Source of the DNA: Candidatus Krumholzibacteriota bacterium
Lineage (GTDB): Bacteria > Krumholzibacteriota > Krumholzibacteriia > JAJRXK01
Reading direction: 5' to 3'
Length of the DNA stretch: 64,000 bases
NCBI GenBank assembly: GCA_963727455.1
Contig: CAVSGG010000008.1
Span: forward strand, 256,001 to 320,000
The notes under the pieces are model-generated. The model ran no database searches and had not been told where the DNA came from. It saw only the letters and a list, made by a program, of their open reading frames with translations. Made by a program: the position numbers and the translations under genes. This document shows positions 42,173 to 50,533 of the stretch, in pieces; positions within the stretch are counted from its first letter, which is position 1, and every line of letters begins with the position of its first letter.

Positions 42173-43236
42173 AGAAGAGCACGCCCGCATTCCGCCTGGG
42201 AGGGATCAGGGTGCCACGTGGCGAATCGCGTGACATTCGTCTCGAGCTGAGCCGAAGCTACACCGGCGATGCGATCAGCCTACCGGTGCACGTGCTGCGG
42301 GGCAGAACAAAAGGACCGACCGTCTTCGTGACCGCAGCGATCCACGGCGACGAGATCAACGGCACGGGAATTCTGCACGAGATTCTCTTTGATACTCCCC
42401 TGAAGCTCATTGCTGGGACCTTGATCCTGGTCCCGGTCGTCAACGTCTTCGGTTTCGAGACGCAGGATCGCTACATGCCCGATCGTCGCGATCTCAATCG
42501 TTTCTTCCCGGGTGATCCTACCGGAAGTCTGACAAGACGCATCGCGCACACCCTCTTCTCGCAGATCGTCGCGCAGAGCAATTTCGGGATCGATCTGCAC
42601 ACTGCGGCCACCGGACGCACCAACTTTCCCAACGTACGAGGCGATCTGCGCGACAAGGAGGTCCGTCGTCTGGCGCGCTCCTTCGGTTGCGAACTCATGG
42701 TGCACGGCCGTGGCCCCGAGGGCTCTTTGCGCCGGGAAGCGGTCAGGGCGGGTTGTCCGACGATTCTCTTGGAGGCCGGTGAACCCTGCAAGATCGAGCG
42801 TGGAGTGCAGGAAACCGGGGTGCGGGGGATTCTGAACGTCCTCTCCGAGCTGCAGATGATCGACAGGAAACCGGTCCGCCCCCCCTATCAGGTCAAGATC
42901 GAACGCTCTGTATGGCTGCGAGCGGAAGCAGCGGGAATCCTGCGCTTCCACGTGAGTCCGGGCGAACTGATCGAAGCGGGCCAGGCCATCGCAACCAACG
43001 TGAGCGTGTTCGGCGAGACGCAAAACACCCTGCTCACACCTGTCGACGGAATTGTTCTGGGGATGACAACCCTTCCCGCGGTGAAGCCGGGCGAACCGGT
43101 ATGTCATTTGGCGATACCCTCGCGCTCGTTGAAGGGAGTGCGTCGGGCTCTGGAGCGTACCAGGGCCACCGAGTTCGAGACCGTCACACCGGGGCAACTC
43201 TCTTCGCGGTCGATTTTTGAGCCGCGCGAGGACTGA
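42169..43236 (+). CDS. Succinylglutamate desuccinylase/aspartoacylase (M14-like) family hydrolase
   Basis: AAIHGDEING, DRRDLNRFFPG, DLHT, LLEAGE, C-terminal biotinyl-lipoyl-like domain. Confidence 0.9.
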   Translation: MKKSTPAFRLGGIRVPRGESRDIRLELSRSYTGDAISLPVHVLRGRTKGPTVFVTAAIHGDEINGTGILHEILFDTPLKLIAGTLILVPVVNVFGFETQDRYMPDRRDLNRFFPGDPTGSLTRRIAHTLFSQIVAQSNFGIDLHTAATGRTNFPNVRGDLRDKEVRRLARSFGCELMVHGRGPEGSLRREAVRAGCPTILLEAGEPCKIERGVQETGVRGILNVLSELQMIDRKPVRPPYQVKIERSVWLRAEAAGILRFHVSPGELIEAGQAIATNVSVFGETQNTLLTPVDGIVLGMTTLPAVKPGEPVCHLAIPSRSLKGVRRALERTRATEFETVTPGQLSSRSIFEPRED

Positions 43237-43240
43237 CACG

Positions 43241-44074
43241 ATGAGTTCTACACACATCCACCGCTGGACGCACCGGGCCGAGGATACCCAGAGCCCACCC
43301 GAGACCGATTCGCCCAGCATCGTGCTGAGGTATCGTGGACGACCCGGCGCCGACGGGAAGTGCGAGGACGCCGCACTCGTGCTCGAACTCGGGCCCCACT
43401 CCTACCTGCTGGCCGTGGCGGACGGAATGGGAAGCGGAGCCAGAGCAGACGATGCCTCGGCCGCGATCGTCGAGTGCCTGGCCAAGCGCGCCAGTTCGCT
43501 CGTGGACGAGAGCACGTCCCGTCTGGAGATCCTCAATGCCATCGAAGAGGCCAGCGAGCAAATCCGCGGTTGGGGCGTGGGTGCTGCCACGACCGTCGTC
43601 ATCGCCCGGGTCGATGGCGAGGCCTATCGCACCTACCACGTGGGAGACTCGGAAGCTCTGGTCACTGGACAGCGCGGGAAGTTGAAGTGGCAGACCGTTT
43701 CGCACTCGCCAGTCGGCTATGCGCAGGCTTCCGGACTCCTCGACGCGCACGACGCCATGGTGCACGAGGAGCGCCATCTGGTGAACAGCATGCTCGGCAT
43801 GGAGGGGATGCGCGTGGACGTGGGAGAGCGGCGCCACTTCGCCGCGCGCGATACCTTGGTGCTGGGAAGCGACGGCCTCTTCGACAACCTGGAAGTGTCG
43901 GAGATCGTGGAGCTCATCCGGCGCGGTCCTCTGAAGAGAGCGGCCGACTCGCTGCTCACCAGCAGTCTTCAACGTATGAACCGCCCCGAGGCGGAGGGTC
44001 CGGGCAAACCGGACGATATCGCATTCATTCTCTATCGCCCGAAGCTCACGCCCTCTGGGAGCCAGACAAAATGA
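43241..44074 (+). CDS. PP2C/PPM family Ser/Thr protein phosphatase
   Basis: CED, AVADGMG, HVGDS, GSDGLFD, KPDD. Confidence 0.9.
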   Translation: MSSTHIHRWTHRAEDTQSPPETDSPSIVLRYRGRPGADGKCEDAALVLELGPHSYLLAVADGMGSGARADDASAAIVECLAKRASSLVDESTSRLEILNAIEEASEQIRGWGVGAATTVVIARVDGEAYRTYHVGDSEALVTGQRGKLKWQTVSHSPVGYAQASGLLDAHDAMVHEERHLVNSMLGMEGMRVDVGERRHFAARDTLVLGSDGLFDNLEVSEIVELIRRGPLKRAADSLLTSSLQRMNRPEAEGPGKPDDIAFILYRPKLTPSGSQTK

Positions 44075-44805
44075 GTAGAGCACGCATCCAGAGTTTCAAC
44101 CTAAATCCCGGGCGTAAGATCGGGCGCAGCTACGAAGTCGAACAGCGGCTCGGGGGCGGTAGCGAGGGAGAAGTCTACCGCATCCGCGAACGCAGCACCG
44201 GAATCCTGCGTGCCGCCAAGTTGTTTTTCCCCCACCCCGATCCCAAGGGTACGATGCCCGCGCGTCGGGCACAGAAGTTGGAAGCGCTGCGCGACTGCCC
44301 GATCGTGATGCAATACTACCATACCGAGCACGTGAAGATCGGACAGCTTTGGACCACGGTGATGATCAGTGCGTACTCGCCGGGACAGCCGCTTCAGGAG
44401 TGGGTCGACCGTCACCGCGGCAAGCGCCTGCGTCCTTTCATCGCACTGATCATTCTGCACCGTCTGGCTCTGGGCTTGGAAGACGTCCACGACCGCGGTG
44501 AGTACCACGCCGACGTCCACACCGGAAACATCCTCATCAGCCAGGTCGGGGTGGATTTCCAATTGAAGCTCATCGATTTCTTCGATTGGGGCCGGCCGAG
44601 CCGCGCCAAGCAGGAGAACGACATTTTGCAGGCGGTACGCGTGCTCTACGACATGATTGGGGGGCCAAAGGGCTATCGGGAGAGCCCCAAGGACATCCGC
44701 GAGGTGTGCTGCGGGCTACGGCACGACCTCATCCTGAGCCGTTATCCGACCATGGCGGCTCTGCGCTATCACCTGGAGAGCTTCGAACCCACGATTCTGC
44801 CCTGA
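44071..44805 (+). CDS. Minimal atypical Hanks-type Ser/Thr protein kinase
   Basis: LGGGSEGEVY, AAKLF, YHADVHTGNILI, LIDF; ATGA overlap with the PP2C gene. Confidence 0.8.
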   Translation: MSRARIQSFNLNPGRKIGRSYEVEQRLGGGSEGEVYRIRERSTGILRAAKLFFPHPDPKGTMPARRAQKLEALRDCPIVMQYYHTEHVKIGQLWTTVMISAYSPGQPLQEWVDRHRGKRLRPFIALIILHRLALGLEDVHDRGEYHADVHTGNILISQVGVDFQLKLIDFFDWGRPSRAKQENDILQAVRVLYDMIGGPKGYRESPKDIREVCCGLRHDLILSRYPTMAALRYHLESFEPTILP

Positions 44806-44880
44806 ATGGGCCCGAGGGGACCGCGGCCAGAGCCCCAAGGACAGGACCGAAATCCTGCGGAAAAACCACTGCCACCGAGC

Positions 44881-44914
44881 AAGAAAAAGGGGGAAGGCGT
44901 TTGCCTTCCCCCTT
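44881..44914 (-). terminator. Rho-independent terminator downstream of the multiheme cytochrome gene (possibly bidirectional)
   Basis: Perfect 12-bp stem AAGGGGGAAGGC (44887-44898) / GCCTTCCCCCTT (44903-44914), 4-nt loop, followed by a U-tract on the minus strand. Confidence 0.85.
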
Positions 44915-44948
44915 CCTCATCGGAACACCATGGGTCCGAAGCGAAGCT

Positions 44949-45986
44949 CTACTGCGCTTCCGCGAGCCGGCCGTTCACGTAGTTCTGCGTGGCTGTCAGC
45001 ACCGCGCGCGCATAGGTCGTATTGTGAACGCTCAACGAGCTGTCATCCAGCAGGAGCAGGTAGTTCCACACCGCTCCCCGAGCGTTTTCATCAGTGCCCA
45101 CTCCACTGGGAACGACCTGTGAGTGACTCGAGTTCAGCCAGCCCAGGGTCTCCAGGTCGTTGGCGAGAGCTTCGAGATCGGCCGCGAATGCGTTTTGCGT
45201 GTTCCTGACCAGAGCGGTCATGTCCGCCAGCTCGCCATGACACAGGATGCAGCCCTGATTGTTGATATGTTCGCCACCGTGAAAATCGTAGCTCATCCAC
45301 CAGGAGTGGCCGCCCGCCATTCCTTCTTCCGGAGGCGCAGCCATGTGACAGGTGATGCAGCCGTCGGGATTCCCGGTATTGTGCGCATGCAGGGCAGAAT
45401 AGGTCTGTCCGTTGAAGGAGTAGGCCCCGTTGCCGGTCAGCATGTTGGCCTGCGGTCCGTGGTGCGGTCCCCAATAGGGGGAGCCGATCGGATCAGGCGA
45501 GTCGAGAGCCGGTTCGGGAGCGCGCGCCTGGTGGCACATCGCACAGAGGTTGCTGTTGCCCCGGTCGTAGGCGCCGGCGCCCCCCATCTCCAGGTCGGTC
45601 GGGCCCGAGCTACGGAGAGCGAAGTCACCGTTGGTGTGAGGAGCGTGACAGGCGAAGCAGCCGATGTTGGAGGACTCCTCCAGATCGACGGTGGCACCGT
45701 CGTTGGCCACCCGGTACTGGAAGCCCTCGGTGGTGTGGCAACCCGAACAGGGGGCGCCACGGCGCACGTCGGTATCTCCCGTCGCGTGCTGGCTGGTCTC
45801 ATACTCGTTCTGGATGGCAACGATATAGTTCTGCATCTGGTAGTCGTCCGTATGACAGGCGGAAAGACAGGTGGCGGTTCCGGCGGGACCCGCGGGACCC
45901 TGTTCCCCCTGATCTCCCGTGCACCCGGCGAACGCGAGCAGTGTCATCGCCCCGATCAACAGCAAGACGGGGTTCAAGCGCTTCAT
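44949..45986 (-). CDS. Multiheme cytochrome c lipoprotein (5 CxxCH plus 1 CxxxCH)
   Basis: Lipobox-like FAGC; G-X-Y linker GDQGEQGPAGPAG; CLSACH, CSGCH, CFACH, CAMCH, CITCH, CILCH. Confidence 0.9.
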   Translation of the reverse strand: MKRLNPVLLLIGAMTLLAFAGCTGDQGEQGPAGPAGTATCLSACHTDDYQMQNYIVAIQNEYETSQHATGDTDVRRGAPCSGCHTTEGFQYRVANDGATVDLEESSNIGCFACHAPHTNGDFALRSSGPTDLEMGGAGAYDRGNSNLCAMCHQARAPEPALDSPDPIGSPYWGPHHGPQANMLTGNGAYSFNGQTYSALHAHNTGNPDGCITCHMAAPPEEGMAGGHSWWMSYDFHGGEHINNQGCILCHGELADMTALVRNTQNAFAADLEALANDLETLGWLNSSHSQVVPSGVGTDENARGAVWNYLLLLDDSSLSVHNTTYARAVLTATQNYVNGRLAEAQ

Positions 45987-46197
45987 GGCATCATCCTCTC
46001 AAGTTCGATTCCCGAAGAAACACGGTGGAGGTGCCTCCAGCGGACCCGTCGACCACCGCACATGGCTTGGCCAGCCGTGCCAAATTTGGGCGCCCACAAA
46101 AGAGGAGTCAAGGACTTCGTAAACCTGTATTCGTGTTGGGCTTTCAAATCTTCAAAGATCGCACGCGCACGGTGGGGAGCGATCGCCGGGGCGAGCC

Positions 46198-46728
46198 TCA
46201 GACGAGTCGCTTCCAGTAGACCTCTTTCGCGTCACCGGGACCGTAGAATTCCGGGTAGCTGGCAAGGTGCTGAAAGCCGCAGGCGAGATAGAAGCGACGG
46301 GTGGGCTCATACTGCGGCCTCCCCGAGGTCTCGATGTAGATTTGCCGGCCATTTTTGCGCTTAATTTTCGCCTCGAGCTCCCGCAGCAGCCAGCGCCCGA
46401 TCCCCGAGGAGCGGTGCCCCTGGTCCACCGCGATCCAGTAGAGGTCGTAGCTTCCCTCGGTACAGGCGATCTCCCCGTAGCAGCAGTAGGCGCAAGTCAG
46501 GGGCTCTTCCGGCGAGGAGCCCGCGGATTCGACGAAGAGAAACTCATATCCGCTCGCCGCCCCCCGCCTGCGCCGTTCGCTCACCAGCTCTACCGCGACG
46601 GCGAGCTCCTGTGAGCTGAAAAAGCCGCTGGACCGCACGATCCTGGCTACCGTGTCCTCATCCTGCGGCCAGAGCCTGTCGCGAAGAAAGAGCCCGGTAG
46701 GGACGCCAGGCTCACGCTCTGCTTGCAT
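46198..46728 (-). CDS. GNAT family N-acetyltransferase
   Basis: YDLYWIAVD..HRSSGIGR.LL, IETSG...YEPTRRFY...GF. Confidence 0.88.
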   Translation of the reverse strand: MQAEREPGVPTGLFLRDRLWPQDEDTVARIVRSSGFFSSQELAVAVELVSERRRRGAASGYEFLFVESAGSSPEEPLTCAYCCYGEIACTEGSYDLYWIAVDQGHRSSGIGRWLLRELEAKIKRKNGRQIYIETSGRPQYEPTRRFYLACGFQHLASYPEFYGPGDAKEVYWKRLV

Positions 46729-48499
46729 CGTGTCCCTCTCCTCTAGCCTTGCTCGGCGAGTTCGACTCTTCCATCCCCTCCACGATCCCCTCGAAGAACG
46801 CGCGCGCGTTCGTGCCGAGATTGCGTGTCCGGTAGCCCCCCTCCTGCACCACGACGGTGCGCAGTCTGGCTGCACCGATCCGCCGTCCGTTCGCCCGAAA
46901 GTCTGCCGGGCTCAAGGACCAGGTCCCGGTGGGATCGCCCTTGGCCGTGTCCAAGCCAAGGGCTACCACCAGAAATTGCGGTGCAAATTCTTCGATCTTG
47001 CGCAGAGCCTTGCTCAGGACGGCGCCGTGGCGTTTTCCGTCAACTTTCTCGGGCAAGGGAAGATTCCAGTTGAAGCCTTCGCCCTGCTCCACCCCGTTCT
47101 CCTCGGCGAAACCGGAAAAGTAAGGATAGGCGAAGCTGGGATGACCGTGAACGGACACGGTCAGGACATCCGGACGATCATAGAAAATCGTCTGCTGACC
47201 GTTCCCGTGGTGATAATCGATGTCGAGGATTGCTACCCGCCCGTGGGCGCAAAGAAAATTCGCGGCAATCGCATTGTTGTTGAAGTAACAGAATCCGCCA
47301 AAGGCCGCGCGCTCCGCATGGTGACCCGGAGGGCGCACCAGGGCGTAGGCCAGCCGCTCGCCGTGCAGGACCGCTTCCGCCGCGGTCAGCGCGCAATCCA
47401 CGGCCGAGAGCGCGGCGACCAATGCGTTCGAGTTGAGCGGAGTAAAGGTGTCCATGCAATAGTATCCGGCCCGCACGGAGAGCTCCTTGGGAGCTCGCGC
47501 CTGGTTGCGCAGGGGAAAGACGTAGGGATAGACCGACTTCCCTTCGGGCAAACCCCGGCAGACTCTCTTGAAGAACTCGAAATAACTACGGTCGTGCACA
47601 GCCAGGATGTGTGATTCCGCAAAGTGCCGCGGTTTCACCTCACGAAACAGACCGCTCTGATCGAGGTCCTTTCGGATCGCCCGGATGCGTACCGGAGCCT
47701 CGACATATCCACGATCTTTGACGTGGTGAATCTCGTGACGGGCGTTCGCCACCAATACGATCGGAGCGGAGGCTGTCTTGCCCTGCGGGTTCTCGCGTGC
47801 TTTCGGCGCACGATAGCGTTTGGGTCTCAACTGCACGGGGTCGTCGACGAAGGAGGCCACGACTTCGTCCACGTAGCTCGACCCGAAGGCGTGACGATAG
47901 CGGTTTTGAAGGATCGCCCGGACGATCTTTCGCGTCGCGGCGCGGCGCAGGGGTTTGCCTGTCCCGAGGTCGTCGAAGACGAGGTAGGGCATTCCCTTCT
48001 GGTCCTCGCGCGGAGCCAGCTCGTATTTGGTATTGACGATGGGTCGAGCCCCATACCGCTCGTAGAAACGCAGGCGCGCCACGTTCTGCGCGTACTCTTC
48101 CTCGCTCGCGCATTCCTCGCGCTCGTCGGGAAGACACTCGAAGAAGACTCCCAGCGCGTCGAGGGAGCGCGCTTCTTCTCGAACTCGCTCGTACAGGGCT
48201 CCACCAACGCCGGAACCTCGCTTCTGTGGATCGGTCGCGATGTAGTCGAGGTAGACGAAGCGTTCGGCCCGGTCGTGGAGCACCATCGCGAAGCCCCGCA
48301 CCGCCCCACGCGCGTTGTCGGCAACGAAGAGATGGCTGCGGAATCGGAATTCGACGGGATCGTTCAGGCGCCGCGGCAAATCCGCGACTTCGCTTTCGCT
48401 GAGACCGGGAAAACGCTCTCGCAGGATCTCCTGCACACGCTGGATCTCCTGCCGATCGAAGGGCAGAGAATCGTCGAAGATGCGTCGAATGCGGAACAT
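46712..48499 (-). CDS. GNAT-like domain fused to a Zn-dependent HDAC / acetylpolyamine amidohydrolase
   Basis: N-terminal 'YLDYIATDPQKRGSGVGGALY...RLRFYERYG'; C-terminal RPPGHHA, GGFCYFNN, DIDYHHGNG, LGLDT.KGD, QEGGY. Confidence 0.9.
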   Translation of the reverse strand: MFRIRRIFDDSLPFDRQEIQRVQEILRERFPGLSESEVADLPRRLNDPVEFRFRSHLFVADNARGAVRGFAMVLHDRAERFVYLDYIATDPQKRGSGVGGALYERVREEARSLDALGVFFECLPDEREECASEEEYAQNVARLRFYERYGARPIVNTKYELAPREDQKGMPYLVFDDLGTGKPLRRAATRKIVRAILQNRYRHAFGSSYVDEVVASFVDDPVQLRPKRYRAPKARENPQGKTASAPIVLVANARHEIHHVKDRGYVEAPVRIRAIRKDLDQSGLFREVKPRHFAESHILAVHDRSYFEFFKRVCRGLPEGKSVYPYVFPLRNQARAPKELSVRAGYYCMDTFTPLNSNALVAALSAVDCALTAAEAVLHGERLAYALVRPPGHHAERAAFGGFCYFNNNAIAANFLCAHGRVAILDIDYHHGNGQQTIFYDRPDVLTVSVHGHPSFAYPYFSGFAEENGVEQGEGFNWNLPLPEKVDGKRHGAVLSKALRKIEEFAPQFLVVALGLDTAKGDPTGTWSLSPADFRANGRRIGAARLRTVVVQEGGYRTRNLGTNARAFFEGIVEGMEESNSPSKARGEGHDASRA

Positions 48500-48503
48500 G
48501 ACC

Positions 48504-49526
48504 TCATGCCCGGTTCAAGAGCAGCCCTTTCGGGTTCCTTCCCGCCCGTGCCGCGAGAAGAACTTGGGTGATGACCTCCGAGCGCGAGAGGCCAGCATGC
48601 TCGGCCGCGGCCATGAAGCCGGCATCAGCGGAGAGACACGGATTCGGATTCACTTCGAGGATCCACTCCTGGCCCCCGCTGTCCACACGAAAATCCACCC
48701 GAGCGTAGCCGCGCAATCCGAAGAGCCTCCAGCATGCGCGCGCCTCCTCGGCGAGGCGGTCCAGCAGATCCTGGTCGCCCGCTCCCTCGGCGAACTTACG
48801 TACGGTGTGCCGGTAGTCGAAGGAAGTCTCGTCCCACTTCGCGGCGTAGCCCACGAGCTTGCGCTTGCCCGCCGGATAGTCGACGAAGCACATCTCGGCG
48901 ATGGGAAGGACGTCGGGTTGCCCGCTCTCCCCTTCTAGCATTGCGAGATTGAACTCACGCCCCTCGACCCAAGCCTCGGCGAAGGCCTCGCCGCCCAGAC
49001 TCGAGCGGCGCTGAAGAATCTGCTCGTGGAGCTCCTGCGGTGAGGTGGCCAGGATGACCGAGGAATCGTCGAGTCCGAGTGAGGCATCCTCCCAGACGGA
49101 CTTGACGATGTACTCCGCGGGCCAGACCACTGGTCCCTCGATCTTTCCGCCCTCGCTCATCCAAGCGGGAGTCGGTAATCCACTGGCCTTGAGCAGACGC
49201 TTGGTCCACACCTTGTCGCTGCACAGCACGATGGCGCCGCTGGGGGAACCGGTGTATCCGACGTCCAGCCGGTCCAGAAGCGCGGGCACCAAATGGATGA
49301 GACGGCCTTCGCCGTCGAGCGACTCCACCAGGTTGAAGATGAGGTCACAGCCCTCATCTTGCAGCTTCCCTTCGAAGTCCTGCAGAGGAAGGCCAGCCCC
49401 CAAACTGGACACGCGGTGACCGAGCGCGCTCAGGATCGCCGCGATCTCCTCGACCTGCACCATTCCGTCGCGTTCATCCGGACGGCCGGTGAGGGCCCTC
49501 TGGTCGTGGGCCAGCACGATTTTCAC
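48504..49526 (-). CDS. D-Ala-D-Ala-ligase-like ATP-grasp amide ligase (copy 2)
   Basis: FNLVES, YTGS, DKVWTK, IVKS.WEDAS.G, EGREF, GYARVDFR, EVNPNPCL. Confidence 0.88.
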   Translation of the reverse strand: MKIVLAHDQRALTGRPDERDGMVQVEEIAAILSALGHRVSSLGAGLPLQDFEGKLQDEGCDLIFNLVESLDGEGRLIHLVPALLDRLDVGYTGSPSGAIVLCSDKVWTKRLLKASGLPTPAWMSEGGKIEGPVVWPAEYIVKSVWEDASLGLDDSSVILATSPQELHEQILQRRSSLGGEAFAEAWVEGREFNLAMLEGESGQPDVLPIAEMCFVDYPAGKRKLVGYAAKWDETSFDYRHTVRKFAEGAGDQDLLDRLAEEARACWRLFGLRGYARVDFRVDSGGQEWILEVNPNPCLSADAGFMAAAEHAGLSRSEVITQVLLAARAGRNPKGLLLNRA

Positions 49527-50533
49527 GACGCTACGCCCTCTTGCAGCGCGAAATTTCCCTCTGGGATCCGCTTCGCGCCGGAGGCCACGATCCCCGCGAT
49601 CAGATCCCGGTAAGACATGCCCACTGCGGTACAGGTCATCGGCAGATCCGAATGAGAGGGGTGCATCCCGGGAAGCGGATTTACTTCCATTACATAAAGC
49701 TGCCCGTTCTCGTCTTCGCGAAAATCCACACGACCCGCGTCCCTACAGCCCAGGGTGCGCCAGGTGGCGAGCGCCAGCTCCGCACAGCGAGCGGCCGCTG
49801 CGCGGTCGGTCAGAAAGTAATGGACCAAGCTCTCGCATTCCTCCTTGTTTCGATAGGTATAGGCATTGGCATCGGCCATCTCGTCATAGCCCAGTTCCAG
49901 CGTCCCGATCACCACAGCCTCCTCCCCCGTGCCGAGGATGCTCGTGGTGAACTCCCTGCCTGCGAGGTAGGGTTCGACGAGCGCAGGTTGTCGATACTCC
50001 TTCAGGATGGACAGGCATCGCCGCTCCAACTCGAGGGGCTCGTCGATCTTCGAGTTTGCGTCGATTCCCTTGGCGGTTCCCTCGGCCACCGGCTTCACGA
50101 ACACGGGGAAGGGGAAATCCACTCGCGCGAGGTCCCGCGCGGACTCCACGACGACGAAATCCGTGGTCGCGATGCCCGCGCTGCGCAGCACGTGCTTCGT
50201 CATCCCCTTGTGCAGAGTCAAAGCGCACACCAGGGGATCGGAGAAGGTGTAGGCGATTCCGTAGGCCTCCAGCAGCGCGGGCACCTGGGATTCCCGACCC
50301 ACGCCCCAGAGTCCCTCACTGATGTTGAAGACCAGATCCCAACGGTCGCCGTCTGCGAGCCGCCGGGTAAGAGCTTGCACGTGTCCGATGCGATCCACCT
50401 CGTGACCGAGCGCCACGAGCTCCTGCTCGATGAAATCGATGGTCCCTTCGCGATCGAACTCCGCTGTTTCGCTCTCGCTATAACCCATCGCGAGATACTC
50501 CTCGCGCAGGTCGAAGGTCATGCCAATCTTCAT
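49523..50533 (-). CDS. D-Ala-D-Ala-ligase-like ATP-grasp amide ligase (copy 1)
   Basis: FNISEG..G.GRESQVPALLE, FVKPVAEGT.KGI, LAGREFT, RDAGRVDFR, EVNPLPG; ATG 50533 overlaps the kamA stop. Confidence 0.88.
   Translation of the reverse strand: MKIGMTFDLREEYLAMGYSESETAEFDREGTIDFIEQELVALGHEVDRIGHVQALTRRLADGDRWDLVFNISEGLWGVGRESQVPALLEAYGIAYTFSDPLVCALTLHKGMTKHVLRSAGIATTDFVVVESARDLARVDFPFPVFVKPVAEGTAKGIDANSKIDEPLELERRCLSILKEYRQPALVEPYLAGREFTTSILGTGEEAVVIGTLELGYDEMADANAYTYRNKEECESLVHYFLTDRAAAARCAELALATWRTLGCRDAGRVDFREDENGQLYVMEVNPLPGMHPSHSDLPMTCTAVGMSYRDLIAGIVASGAKRIPEGNFALQEGVAS

Noticed and set aside
46065-46090. Sigma-54 promoter upstream of the multiheme cytochrome (TTGGCACG on the minus strand)
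   Set aside because: No GC at the -12 position at the required spacing
48504-50533. Vancomycin-resistance (van) ligases or housekeeping ddl
   Set aside because: They lack Ddl/Van N-terminal substrate motifs, and there are no vanHXRS or mur genes
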